Source: a virus. From it: a stretch of 37,929 nt of DNA. The position numbers and the translations under genes are program-made. The stretch lies in IMG/VR virus record IMGVR_UViG_3300032219_000648, one strand, 5' to 3'. This document shows positions 21,730 through 30,740 of the stretch, piece by piece (the first letter of the stretch is position 1; each line of letters starts with the position of its first letter). The notes under the pieces were generated by a model. The model made no database searches, was not told the origin of the DNA, and saw only the letters and a program-made list of their open reading frames with translations.

Positions 21730-23063
21730 TGCCAGCAGGTGAAGCCCCTAGCGCAAGAGCCGCGCTTCAAGGACCACTCGGACAATCTGTTGTCGGCCCA
21801 TACGCTGGCAAAAAGTCGCTTGCATTTGGAACTGGCAACACGTTTAATGTGGGCGAGGGCCAAGAGGTTCGCCTTGTGGACGCTGCGGGTAATGTTATTT
21901 TCAGCGGTTCTGGCGTTGAAGGCGCGAACCGAGCGGTCGCCGCAGCCCAGAGCCTTAGCGATGAACTTGGTGGAAACGCTAACTTTAAAATACAAACTGG
22001 CGAACGCACGATAAATCCTGATGGTAGCGTCGGCCCAACCCGTTACATTGACGTTGCCCGCGCCGCCCCGTCGCAAAGCGGTCTTGGTTTCTTAGCCGAC
22101 TATGTTCTTCCGTTTGCCGCGTCCTTCATTCCAGTTATCGGCCCAGTTGCGGGCGCGGCTCTTGGCTCTGCCGCCTCAAGTGCGGCGCAAGGTCGTGGTC
22201 TTGAGGATGCGTTGAAGCGGGCGGCTATTGCCGCAGGCTCGGCTTATCTTGGAGGCCAAGTGTTTGGCCCAGCATCGCCCGGAGCGTCAGCACCAACAGG
22301 CGGCGTCAACGCAGACTTAGTGCCAAATGCGCTCAAAGGTCTTAACTTTGGCAGCCTTCCAAGCGCGTCAATCCCTGCTGGTGTCGGCAGCACTCTTGGA
22401 GCCACGGCTGGCGACATCATCGTAAAGGCAGCGCCTAGCCTTCTTGGATCAACAGTTGGTAGTGTGGTAGGATCGACAGTTCCGTCGCTTATCAGCGCAC
22501 CGGCCCCCGCACCAATGGAGCAGCCCGCACCAACGGAGCAATCCGCACCAACACAGCCAGAAGAAATCGTGGTGACAGGAAACATACCACAGGCAACGGC
22601 CGCACCTCTTCCGATACCGGGCTTTGAGACTGCGATACCTGCGATAACGGGTGGTGCGCTTACCGCAGCGCAGACGGCCGGTACTCCACCATCGGAAAAT
22701 AAGTTTAAGTTTAACGACGTTCTCGGCACTGGTCTAAGCGTACCTCAACTTCTGTCGATTGGCAGCGTCGGCGCTGATCTTCTGCAAAATCTTTTGGCCG
22801 GTGGCGACGGCGCAGGCGCGGGAGCACCCTATGTCTCCCCGTTTGGCACGGGCGTAGGTATCGGCGCAGGCCGAGATATGCGGGCCACTCCGAACATCAC
22901 AGATTATGAGCGGTATGGTTTCGGCCCAGAAGCTATGTTCTTCCAACCCGGATACGGCCTTCTCTCTACGGGTGCTGCGCCTACCCAAGCGCCACCCATT
23001 ATGGCCGCGCCGCAAGCACAACCCGCAATGGTAACTAACCCTAGATACGAGCCGTTGATCTAA
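21729..23063 (+). CDS. Gly/Ala/Ser/Pro-rich virion-associated protein, 444 aa
   Basis: Low-complexity sequence with a glycine-zipper-like hydrophobic stretch FLADYVLPFAASFIPVIGPVAGAALGSAASSAA. ATG 21729 overlaps the portal stop. Confidence 0.65.
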   Translation: MPAGEAPSARAALQGPLGQSVVGPYAGKKSLAFGTGNTFNVGEGQEVRLVDAAGNVIFSGSGVEGANRAVAAAQSLSDELGGNANFKIQTGERTINPDGSVGPTRYIDVARAAPSQSGLGFLADYVLPFAASFIPVIGPVAGAALGSAASSAAQGRGLEDALKRAAIAAGSAYLGGQVFGPASPGASAPTGGVNADLVPNALKGLNFGSLPSASIPAGVGSTLGATAGDIIVKAAPSLLGSTVGSVVGSTVPSLISAPAPAPMEQPAPTEQSAPTQPEEIVVTGNIPQATAAPLPIPGFETAIPAITGGALTAAQTAGTPPSENKFKFNDVLGTGLSVPQLLSIGSVGADLLQNLLAGGDGAGAGAPYVSPFGTGVGIGAGRDMRATPNITDYERYGFGPEAMFFQPGYGLLSTGAAPTQAPPIMAAPQAQPAMVTNPRYEPLI

Positions 23064-23293
23064 TGGACCCTATTACAAAAGCTAACCACGCGAAGCGCCT
23101 TCTTGAAGATGATATTCTCAAGGAGGCATTCGACGCAGTGGAAAGAGATATTTTTGAAGAGTGGCGTATGTCGGCACATACTGACTATAGCGGACGCTCT
23201 GACATGTTTCACACGCTCAAAGGACTTGAGCGGTTGAAAGCCCGCCTACAGGCAATCCTTGACAACGGCCTAGTCGCCAAATCGAGGAGTTAA
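23063..23293 (+). CDS. Hypothetical protein, 76 aa
   Basis: TAATG coupling. Helical. Lies between portal and scaffold. Confidence 0.65.
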   Translation: MDPITKANHAKRLLEDDILKEAFDAVERDIFEEWRMSAHTDYSGRSDMFHTLKGLERLKARLQAILDNGLVAKSRS

Positions 23294-23315
23294 CATTTAA
23301 CAAAGAAGGTGCTAT

Positions 23316-24326
23316 ATGACGGAACAAGTCGGCAACCCCAGTGCAGGGATCGGCCTCCACGAAGCAACACTAGCCATCGACCAATTGCTTGGCCCTGATG
23401 AGGACACCCAAGACGAGGCCGAGGCGCAAGAGCCTGAAGAGGCTCAAGACGACGCGGAAGAAACTGAAGCCGAAAATTACTCGGAAGAAGAGGAAACCGA
23501 ACAGTCTGACCCGGATGAAGATGACGACGTAGAAGAGGTTATCGAACAGGAACTTCCTGACGATCTAACCATCAAGGTTAAACTTGACGGTGAAGAAACG
23601 GAAGTCACCCTTGACGAACTTCGGAAAGGTTATTCTCGTTATTCGGATTACACACGGAAAACTCAGGCGTTAGCTGAAGAACGTAAGTCGTTCCAAGGCG
23701 AAGCCGAAGCGATCCGTATGGAACGCGCTCAATACGCGGAACTGCTACCTGCGCTTAAAGCGCAACTTGAGGTGCAGTCCGAGGCTGAGCCTGATTGGGA
23801 CAATCTTTATAATGAAGACCCCATTGAGGCGGCGCGGTTGGAACGGCATTGGAATAAGTCTCGTCAGGAACGAACCGCTAAAATTCAGGCTATCAACGCC
23901 GAACAGCAGCGGATTGCTGAAGAGATGGCCAAAGAGCAACAGCGTGCATTGGCTGACATTGTGCAGTCAGAACGCGCCAAACTCACCGAAGTCATTCCTG
24001 AATGGAAAGACGAAGGCACAATGCAAAGCGAAGCTAAGGAACTTCGTGAATGGGCTTTGAACAATGGGTTTAGTGAACGCGACCTAAGCGCACTTGTCCA
24101 AGCCACTCACGTCTCAATCCTTCGCAAAGCTATGATGTTTGATAAGGGTTCGAAGAAAGTGGAAAAAGTGAAGGCCCAGCCAAAGAAGGTTGCCCGGATC
24201 GTTCGCCCCGGTTCTTCAGGAACTCAAATCAACACACGTTCTTCCGATGTAAAGAAAGCGTCCCAGCGCCTTGCGCGTACAGGCCGTGTTGCAGATGCAG
24301 CGGCCTTGTTGGATAAACTCATTTAA
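23316..24326 (+). CDS. Scaffolding protein
   Basis: Extremely acidic N-terminal third and a long coiled-coil. Lies directly upstream of the major capsid gene. Confidence 0.7.
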   Translation: MTEQVGNPSAGIGLHEATLAIDQLLGPDEDTQDEAEAQEPEEAQDDAEETEAENYSEEEETEQSDPDEDDDVEEVIEQELPDDLTIKVKLDGEETEVTLDELRKGYSRYSDYTRKTQALAEERKSFQGEAEAIRMERAQYAELLPALKAQLEVQSEAEPDWDNLYNEDPIEAARLERHWNKSRQERTAKIQAINAEQQRIAEEMAKEQQRALADIVQSERAKLTEVIPEWKDEGTMQSEAKELREWALNNGFSERDLSALVQATHVSILRKAMMFDKGSKKVEKVKAQPKKVARIVRPGSSGTQINTRSSDVKKASQRLARTGRVADAAALLDKLI

Positions 24327-24341
24327 TAAGGAAGTGAACTA

Positions 24342-25304
24342 ATGGCTATTGTAGCAAATACTTTTACCCGGTACTCCGCTATCGGTATTCGTGAAGACTT
24401 GTCGAACGTCATCTATAACATCTCGCCGGAAGAAACGCCGTTCATCTCGAACATCGGCCGCGAGAGCGTTAAGAACACCTACTTCGAATGGCAGACAGAC
24501 GTTTTGGCTGCGGCCTCGGCTTCTAACGCCGCGCTCGAAGGTGACGATATTTCTTCGTTCACTGCTGTTACCCCAACCGTTCGCGTTGGTAACTACACGC
24601 AGATCAGCACGAAGAACGTCGTAATCTCCGGTACGCTTGAAGCAGTTGACAAGGCCGGTCGTCGTAACGAAATGACCTATCAGCTTGCTAAGCTGGGTTC
24701 GGAACTGAAGCGTGACATGGAAAGCGCATTGCTTGCCAACCAAGCTTCGGTTGCTGGTAACACCACGACTGCACGTCGTACTGCTGGTCTGCCTGCGTGG
24801 TTGACTTCGAACACCTCGTTCGGCACAGGCGGTGCGAACCCAACTGTTGGCTCGACCCCAACTGCTGCTCGTACCGATGGTACGCAGCGTGCGTTCACGG
24901 AAGCCTTGTTGAAGGGTGTTATCCAGAGCGTCTGGACTTCGGGTGGTACGCCTAAGATGTTGATGGTTGGTCCGTTCAACAAGACGGTCGCTTCCGGTTT
25001 CACAGGTATCGCCACACGTTTCCGTGACGTTCCTGCCGGTCAGCAGGCACAAATCATCGGCGCAGCCGACGTGTATGTGTCTGACTTCGGTACGGTCAAC
25101 ATCGTTCCTAACCGCTTCCAGCGTGACCGCGATGCGTTCATCGTCGATCCTGACTACGCATCGTTGGCAGTTCTTCGTCCAATCCAGAAGATGGACTTGG
25201 CGAAAACTGGTGACGCCGAGAAGGCTCTGCTCCTCGTCGAGTACGGTCTGAAGGTGAACAACCAAGCTGCGCACGGTATCGTCGCTGACTTGACCACTTC
25301 GTAA
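24342..25304 (+). CDS. Major capsid protein (HK97 fold, DUF5309-type)
   Basis: REDLSNVIYNISPEETPFISNIGRESVKNTYFEWQTDVLAAA is the characteristic N-terminal signature of this capsid family. AAGGAAG SD. Confidence 0.9.
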   Translation: MAIVANTFTRYSAIGIREDLSNVIYNISPEETPFISNIGRESVKNTYFEWQTDVLAAASASNAALEGDDISSFTAVTPTVRVGNYTQISTKNVVISGTLEAVDKAGRRNEMTYQLAKLGSELKRDMESALLANQASVAGNTTTARRTAGLPAWLTSNTSFGTGGANPTVGSTPTAARTDGTQRAFTEALLKGVIQSVWTSGGTPKMLMVGPFNKTVASGFTGIATRFRDVPAGQQAQIIGAADVYVSDFGTVNIVPNRFQRDRDAFIVDPDYASLAVLRPIQKMDLAKTGDAEKALLLVEYGLKVNNQAAHGIVADLTTS

Positions 25305-25320
25305 GAAGGTCTAAATGGGT

Positions 25321-25341
25321 GAGGGGGTATAACGCCCCCTC
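25321..25341 (+). terminator. Post-capsid hairpin, near-identical to the stem-loop of the 11404 terminator (attenuator/stabiliser candidate)
   Basis: GAGGGGGTATAACGCCCCCTC versus GAGGGGGCATAACGCCCCCTC at 11404-11424 (20/21). No T-run follows here. Confidence 0.45.
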
Positions 25342-25361
25342 ATCTAACTATTGAGGGTTTT

Positions 25362-25667
25362 ATGACCAAACGCCTTATCAACGACGATGCTTTCACAGGC
25401 GTCAAAACTTATTACGATTATGATGCCGGTAAGGACGAAGCGATCATCTCGAAAGAGCAAGACGTTTCCGCAATCATCGAGCAGAACAAACGCGAATTTA
25501 ACGATGCGCCCGAACGCTGGGGTGAGTGGACAAAGGTTGGCAGCATCCCGATTTCAGTGTATTATGAACTTGAGCGCCAAGGTATAACTAAAGACCAAGA
25601 GGCGATGAAGAAGTGGCTGAACGATCCTGACAATCGTTACTTCCGCACAAGGCCGGGGACTGTTTGA
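25362..25667 (+). CDS. Hypothetical conserved phage protein, 101 aa
   Basis: GAGGG SD. Lies in the head module. Confidence 0.7.
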   Translation: MTKRLINDDAFTGVKTYYDYDAGKDEAIISKEQDVSAIIEQNKREFNDAPERWGEWTKVGSIPISVYYELERQGITKDQEAMKKWLNDPDNRYFRTRPGTV

Positions 25668-26287
25668 TGGCGATTACGACGTATTCAGAGTTGAGGACCG
25701 CAGTCGCCGATTGGCTCAACCGATCCGATCTGACGGCGGCTATTCCGAATTTCATCTCGCTTGCTGAAGCGCAGATGAGCCGCCAAATCCGTCACCGTAA
25801 GATGGTGACGCGGGCGACCGCAACTATGGATACGCCGTACTTTGCTGTTCCTGCTGACTGGAAAGAAACAATCCGGTTCCAGTTGAACACAAACCCTATC
25901 ACGCCGCTGGTCTACGTCACGCCAGAACAGCTTCTCGAAGACAGCCAACTTTATAGTGCTGGCGGTCAGCCGATGTTCTTCACGACCGTTGGTCAGCAGT
26001 TCGAAGTTCTGCCGCAACCCGATGGGTCTTATGACGCGGAACTTCTTTACTACGCCAAGCTGCCCGCATTGTCTGATGCAGCGCCGACTAACTGGCTTCT
26101 GACCGAAAGCCCAGACATCTACCTGTATGGCACGCTGGCTCAGTCCGCGCCGTACTTGAAGGAAGATGAACGCACCGCCATCTGGACTTCTTTGTACGAG
26201 AAGTTGGTAGAAGATATGCGCATCGCCGACGAGCGTGCCCGCATTGGTTCGTCTAAACTGAAACCCCGCATAAGGACATTCGGATGA
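25667..26287 (+). CDS. Virion structural protein, putative head-tail adaptor
   Basis: YSELRTAVADWLNRSDLTAAIPNFISLAEAQMSRQIRHRKM is a pattern I associate with adaptor/connector proteins next to capsid genes. The ATG overlaps the upstream TGA. Confidence 0.5.
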   Translation: MAITTYSELRTAVADWLNRSDLTAAIPNFISLAEAQMSRQIRHRKMVTRATATMDTPYFAVPADWKETIRFQLNTNPITPLVYVTPEQLLEDSQLYSAGGQPMFFTTVGQQFEVLPQPDGSYDAELLYYAKLPALSDAAPTNWLLTESPDIYLYGTLAQSAPYLKEDERTAIWTSLYEKLVEDMRIADERARIGSSKLKPRIRTFG

Positions 26288-26664
26288 GTTTTTCCAATTA
26301 TCTTGAGAACAAGGTTCTCGGTCATGTGTTTGGTGCAACGCCTTACACCGCGCCTGCCACTTTGTATGTTGGCTTGTATACGTCCGATCCGGGTGAGGGT
26401 AACACAGGGACGGAAGTCTCTGGCGGCTCCTACGCTCGGCAGACGATTGCGTTCACTGTCGCAGCCAACCAAGCGTCCAATACGGCAGCGGTTGAGTTCC
26501 CGACTGCAAGCGCATCATGGGGCACAGTGACCTATGCTGCGGTCTTCGACGCTGTTTCTAGCGGCAATATGCTTGCCTATGGTGCGTTGACCACAAGCAA
26601 GACGATTGCAAGCGGTGACGTTCTCCGTATTCCTGCGGGCGACTTCGACATCAATCTGGACTAA
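26284..26664 (+). CDS. Virion-associated protein, 126 aa
   Basis: ATGA coupling. Conserved-looking LENKVLGHVFG...YVGLYTSDPG...GGSYARQ pattern. Confidence 0.65.
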   Translation: MSFSNYLENKVLGHVFGATPYTAPATLYVGLYTSDPGEGNTGTEVSGGSYARQTIAFTVAANQASNTAAVEFPTASASWGTVTYAAVFDAVSSGNMLAYGALTTSKTIASGDVLRIPAGDFDINLD

Positions 26665-26668
26665 GTAG

Positions 26669-27310
26669 ATGGCTGGCTACGGCAGCGGTCTATACGGACG
26701 CGGTAATTACGGGATAGACCCCAAAGAGGCGTCTATCACCGTCAATGCCGCGTCTAGTGCTGCCGTCTCCGCGCAACGCATTCTACTGGCCGCTGTCTCC
26801 AGCAGCGCATCATCATCAACGACGGTCACCGCGCAGAAGGTCAATCTCGCTGCGGTAACGGCTAACGCCACATCGAGCGCGTCTGTCAACGCCAACCGCG
26901 TGCAGAACGCCGCTGTAACTTCTACGGCAACGTCTAGCGTATCCGTGGCCGCGACCCGTGTTCAGTTCGCTTCATGCGCCGTCAACGCCGTTTCTAGCGT
27001 CACGGTGTCCTTGCAGGGTGTGTTCCTTGTCAGCATCACGACGAACGCAGCCTCATCGGCAAGCGTGTCTGTGGTTCGCAAAACGCCAACATCTGTTGTT
27101 TGTAACGCCCAATCGAGCGTCACGATTAACGCCACGAAGAAGTGGGAGCCGCAGCCAATCACGCCAGAAACGTGGACTGCGGAGATGGATACATCTGAGA
27201 CTTGGACACCCGTCGAAGCGATTGCAGAAACTTGGACACCGCAATCAATAACAAACGAGACATGGACGCCAATTTCTGATACAGCAGAAATATGGCAGCA
27301 AGCTGCGTGA
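26669..27310 (+). CDS. Repeat protein: 7 x 20-aa Ser/Ala/Val repeats followed by 5 x 10-aa ETWTP repeats (fibre/decoration candidate)
   Basis: Residues 21-160 divide exactly into 20-aa units (for example AAVSSSASSSTTVTAQKVNL). Residues 161-210 carry PETWTA/SETWTP/AETWTP/NETWTP/AEIWQQ. Confidence 0.7.
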   Translation: MAGYGSGLYGRGNYGIDPKEASITVNAASSAAVSAQRILLAAVSSSASSSTTVTAQKVNLAAVTANATSSASVNANRVQNAAVTSTATSSVSVAATRVQFASCAVNAVSSVTVSLQGVFLVSITTNAASSASVSVVRKTPTSVVCNAQSSVTINATKKWEPQPITPETWTAEMDTSETWTPVEAIAETWTPQSITNETWTPISDTAEIWQQAA

Positions 27311-27318
27311 GGACTTAA

Positions 27319-29040
27319 ATGGCTGATACAACCACAACAAACCTTGGATTAACGAAACCTGAAGTCGGCGCATCTGCCGATACTTGGGGGACGAAACTTA
27401 ATACTGATCTCGATCAAGTCGATGCGCTCTTTGCTGCCGCTGGCACGGGGACATCTGTTGGCTTGAACGTCGGTGCAGGCAAGACGCTGGCCATCGCGGG
27501 TAACGTCTCCGCCAATGGCGCGACGATCAGCCCAACTGAACTCAGCTATCTTGATGGCGTGTCATCCGCTATCCAGACGCAACTTAACGCAAAGGCCCCA
27601 TCGGCCGGTCCTACGTTCACTGGGACTGTTGTTCTTCCGTCCACAACGTCAATCGGAACGGTATCGGATACCGAGATCAGCTATCTTGACGGCGTAACTT
27701 CTGCAATCCAGACGCAGCTTAACGCCAAAGAGCCGACGATCACGACGTTAGGTGTAGCCAAGGGCGGCACAGGAGCCTCAACGCTTGCGTCTGGTTATCT
27801 GGTCAAGGGCAACGGCACATCGGCTGTCAGCGCGTCTGTGGTGTATGACACTGGCACGAACGTCGGTGTTGGCACGGCTTCGCCGGGTGCGAAGTTTCAA
27901 GTCATTGGAAGCACTACCGTTGGTGGATACGCCAATGTCGCGGCGGTATTTGGTGCGGGTGTCTCATCTGAGTTGTACGTCGGGAGCCTAAACGGTAACA
28001 ACCCGTATATCGGTTCTGGCGGTGCGTTTCCTCTCAGTTTTAACACCAACGGCTCAGAGCGTATGCGCATCGACAGCAGCGGCAACGTCGGTATTGGTAC
28101 GAGTTCTCCAGCATCCTTCGGTAAGTTCGTTGTCGATAATACGGGGGCGTCAAGTCCCGTAATTTATGGCAAATCAGGTGACCAAGCAGGCGCTCGACTT
28201 GCTATCTCCAACACGGGATCAGGCGGACAAACTTGGCAGTTTGTTGCAGGCGATGTTGGTGTTAGCAACTCCGGCTTGTCGTTTTATGACGGCACAGCCA
28301 CTCGTATGCGCATCGACGGCAGCGGCAACGTCGGGATTGGTGTCACTTCTCCCGGCCAAAAGCTAGACGTAAAAGGTATTGTCCGTAGTTCTATCGGGAC
28401 AGGGACGGGCGCTGGTGGCGCTGCATATGCTTTTTACCAATTCGGGACTTCGGCTACAGCTACCGAAAACTGGCATATCGGAACTGAAGGGGACGGCTCT
28501 TTCCGTTTCTACAACCAAGGCTTTGGCGCTGGTTTGGAACGTATGCGTATCGACAGCAGCGGCAACTTGCTGGTGGGGCAGACTGCAAACGGTCTGCAAA
28601 ATAGTAACTCCGCTGCAATCACCCCAAGTGCTGGAAATCAGGTTGTACTAAATAAGGTGACTGGCTCTGGTAGCGGAAACGCTTACGTTGTCTTTGGCTA
28701 CGCCGCTGGCACCATAGGCTCAATTACGCAGAGCGGCACAACTGCGGTTCTGTACAACACATCATCGGACGCCCGCCTCAAGCACGACATCGTAGACGCA
28801 CCAGAAGCCTCAAGCCTTATCGACGCAATCCAAGTTCGCAGCTTCAAATGGAACGCAGACAACAGCGAACAGCGTTATGGCTTTGTGGCCCAAGAACTCG
28901 TCACCGTTGCACCAGAAGCAGTCCACGAGCCAGCCAACCCAGAGGAAACGATGGGCGTGGACTATTCAAAGCTGGTTCCGATGCTCGTCAAGGAACTACA
29001 ATCAGTGCGGGCGCGTCTCGCCGAACTAGAAGGAAAGTAA
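27319..29040 (+). CDS. Tail fibre with C-terminal intramolecular chaperone (Peptidase_S74) domain
   Basis: N-terminus [29 protein letters not shown]. Repeats [19 protein letters not shown] x2 and [15 protein letters not shown] x3. C-terminus SDARLKHDI...YGFVAQEL...[15 protein letters not shown]. Confidence 0.85.
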   Translation: MADTTTTNLGLTKPEVGASADTWGTKLNTDLDQVDALFAAAGTGTSVGLNVGAGKTLAIAGNVSANGATISPTELSYLDGVSSAIQTQLNAKAPSAGPTFTGTVVLPSTTSIGTVSDTEISYLDGVTSAIQTQLNAKEPTITTLGVAKGGTGASTLASGYLVKGNGTSAVSASVVYDTGTNVGVGTASPGAKFQVIGSTTVGGYANVAAVFGAGVSSELYVGSLNGNNPYIGSGGAFPLSFNTNGSERMRIDSSGNVGIGTSSPASFGKFVVDNTGASSPVIYGKSGDQAGARLAISNTGSGGQTWQFVAGDVGVSNSGLSFYDGTATRMRIDGSGNVGIGVTSPGQKLDVKGIVRSSIGTGTGAGGAAYAFYQFGTSATATENWHIGTEGDGSFRFYNQGFGAGLERMRIDSSGNLLVGQTANGLQNSNSAAITPSAGNQVVLNKVTGSGSGNAYVVFGYAAGTIGSITQSGTTAVLYNTSSDARLKHDIVDAPEASSLIDAIQVRSFKWNADNSEQRYGFVAQELVTVAPEAVHEPANPEETMGVDYSKLVPMLVKELQSVRARLAELEGK

Positions 29041-29041
29041 A

Positions 29042-29365
29042 ATGGCAGTTGTAAACACATGGAACGTCGTTCAGCTTGACGCATACCCAGAGTTCGATGG
29101 CAATACAGATGTAGTCTTCACCGTGCACTGGACATTAAATGGTGCGGACGGCGAACACACCGGCCACGTCTACGGCTCGGTCGGCGTTACACTCAATGAA
29201 GGCGGCGCGTTTACGCCTTATGCTGACCTCACCGAAGCGCAGGTTCTCGGCTGGGTTAAAGAAGCACTTGGCGAAGAAGCTGTTGCTGGGTTTGAAGCCA
29301 GCGTAGCGCAACAGATTGCGGATCAGGCCAACCCGCCTGTCGTGCATCCCGAACTTCCTTGGTAA
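29042..29365 (+). CDS. Hypothetical protein, 107 aa, downstream of the tail fibre
   Basis: The ATG lies 1 nt after the fibre stop. No motif assigned. Confidence 0.65.
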   Translation: MAVVNTWNVVQLDAYPEFDGNTDVVFTVHWTLNGADGEHTGHVYGSVGVTLNEGGAFTPYADLTEAQVLGWVKEALGEEAVAGFEASVAQQIADQANPPVVHPELPW

Positions 29366-29377
29366 AGACTTCAGTCG

Positions 29378-29596
29378 ATGGATATGTCATTCGGCATTGA
29401 TACGCTTCTCACAATCGTCGCTGGCGTCTTCGGCCTTGTTGGCGTGTGGACGCAGTTGAGCAACCGTCTTGCAATTCTGGAAACGAAGTTGGATTACGGC
29501 GAAGAGAAGTTCAGCGCCATCGACAAGAAGTTTGACGAAGTGATGATGCACCTTCGCCGGATCGAAGACAAACTGGATCATAAGGCAGATCGGTAA
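29378..29596 (+). CDS. Holin candidate (one N-terminal TMD plus coiled-coil)
   Basis: IDTLLTIVAGVFGLVGVWTQL TMD. Lies directly upstream of, and TAATG-coupled to, the endolysin. Confidence 0.5.
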   Translation: MDMSFGIDTLLTIVAGVFGLVGVWTQLSNRLAILETKLDYGEEKFSAIDKKFDEVMMHLRRIEDKLDHKADR

Positions 29597-29988
29597 TGGC
29601 TTTTAAACTAGGCCCACGTTCCTTGCTAAACCTTCGCGGCGTGCATCCAGATTTGGTGCGCGTCGTTAAGCGTGCGATTGGCATTTCCGATATAGACTTC
29701 ACTGTCATCGAGGGGCTGCGGACCCCCGCACGGCAGAAAGAACTGTTCGCCAAGGGTGCGTCAAAAACAATGCGGTCGCGCCACATTCACGGCTTTGCAG
29801 TAGACATCGCGCCGTATGTAGCTGGCAGCATTCGTTGGGATTGGCCGTTGTTTGACCAAATCGAAGAGGCCATGAAGAAGGCCGCGCACCTTGAGAATGT
29901 ACAAATTACTTGGGGTGGCGACTGGAAATCATTCAAGGACGGTCCACATTGGGAACTTCCGCACGCTAAATATCCTGATCCGAAATGA
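29596..29988 (+). CDS. Endolysin, L-alanyl-D-glutamate peptidase (Peptidase_M15 / VanY-like)
   Basis: EGLRTPARQKELF, SRHIHGFAVDI (H..D zinc ligands), DGPHWE. Confidence 0.9.
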   Translation: MAFKLGPRSLLNLRGVHPDLVRVVKRAIGISDIDFTVIEGLRTPARQKELFAKGASKTMRSRHIHGFAVDIAPYVAGSIRWDWPLFDQIEEAMKKAAHLENVQITWGGDWKSFKDGPHWELPHAKYPDPK

Positions 29989-30206
29989 CGATTAAAGAAC
30001 TCGAAACCGCTCTACTCGAACGTGTCCGTGTTTGGTGGCGTCCTGTCACCTGTATCGGTATCGCTTGCGGTGTGATTGTCAACGCGGTAGTATTGCCCGT
30101 TGTAAACAGCCAACCAATATCCCTTACGGACTTGGCGGCTACGATTGCGTCTTGTGCTACTATATTTGCGGTGAGAGAATGGGGCAAAATAAATGGGGCG
30201 GATTAA
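29985..30206 (+). CDS. Two-TMD membrane protein (class II holin/antiholin candidate)
   Basis: ATGA coupling. TMDs VTCIGIACGVIVNAVVLPVV and LAATIASCATIFAV. Confidence 0.5.
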   Translation: MTIKELETALLERVRVWWRPVTCIGIACGVIVNAVVLPVVNSQPISLTDLAATIASCATIFAVREWGKINGAD

Positions 30207-30552
30207 TCCGATCATGGGCTATGTGGCGGCAGGCGCTCTTGCTGTTGGCCTCTCCGCCGGATGGAAGGTTAGAGACTGGCAGTGCGATGCCGCTTATTCC
30301 AAGGCTCTGGAAAAAGGCGAAAAGCGAAGCCAGCAAAAGCAAGGAAAAGTAAATGAGGTTTCTACGGTTTACCAATCCGAACGAGATCAAGCCGATGTGG
30401 TGGTCGCCAGAGAGAAGCAAACGGTCCGTGAAATTTACAAGACTGTGCCTGCTGTTCCTGATAGTTGCGCTCCTGACCCTCGTCTTATCGGGCTGCTCGA
30501 AGGCAGTGTCGATCGCGCCAATGCCGCAGCCTCCAGCGAACTTAGCAAGTAA
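30193..30552 (+). CDS. i-spanin (Rz-like)
   Basis: N-terminal TMD GYVAAGALAVGLSAGW, a charged coiled periplasmic domain, and an o-spanin gene overlapping it out of frame. Confidence 0.7.
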   Translation: MGRINPIMGYVAAGALAVGLSAGWKVRDWQCDAAYSKALEKGEKRSQQKQGKVNEVSTVYQSERDQADVVVAREKQTVREIYKTVPAVPDSCAPDPRLIGLLEGSVDRANAAASSELSK

Positions 30553-30706
30553 TTGTCCGCCTCTCCCAAATCCTCCCTCTGTGCTGACCGACCCAGAGCG
30601 TGCTATATGGGAAGTCGAGATTATTGCCAAATATGGTGACTGCGCGTTGCGTCACCGCCGAACAGTAGAAGCATGGGAAGAGGCTGTAAAAATCCCAAAT
30701 AAGTGA
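30353..30706 (+). CDS. o-spanin (Rz1-like lipoprotein), overlapped architecture
   Basis: Lipobox LVLSGC after a hydrophobic signal, with a Pro-rich mature part. AAGGA SD before 30353; alternative start at 30395. It starts inside the i-spanin gene and extends beyond it. Confidence 0.7.
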   Translation: MRFLRFTNPNEIKPMWWSPERSKRSVKFTRLCLLFLIVALLTLVLSGCSKAVSIAPMPQPPANLASNCPPLPNPPSVLTDPERAIWEVEIIAKYGDCALRHRRTVEAWEEAVKIPNK

Positions 30707-30740
30707 TATAAGAACTTCAGTCTTACGCACAGGTAATTAA

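Noticed and set aside
24339-25274. 311-aa ORF on the minus strand
   Set aside because: It is antisense to the major capsid gene, which has an unmistakable capsid signature. It has shadow-ORF composition.
27319-29040. Diversity-generating retroelement or invertible tail-fibre segment
   Set aside because: There is no reverse transcriptase and no template/variable repeat pair. I saw no inverted repeats flanking the fibre genes. The internal repeats are ordinary fibre-shaft repeats.
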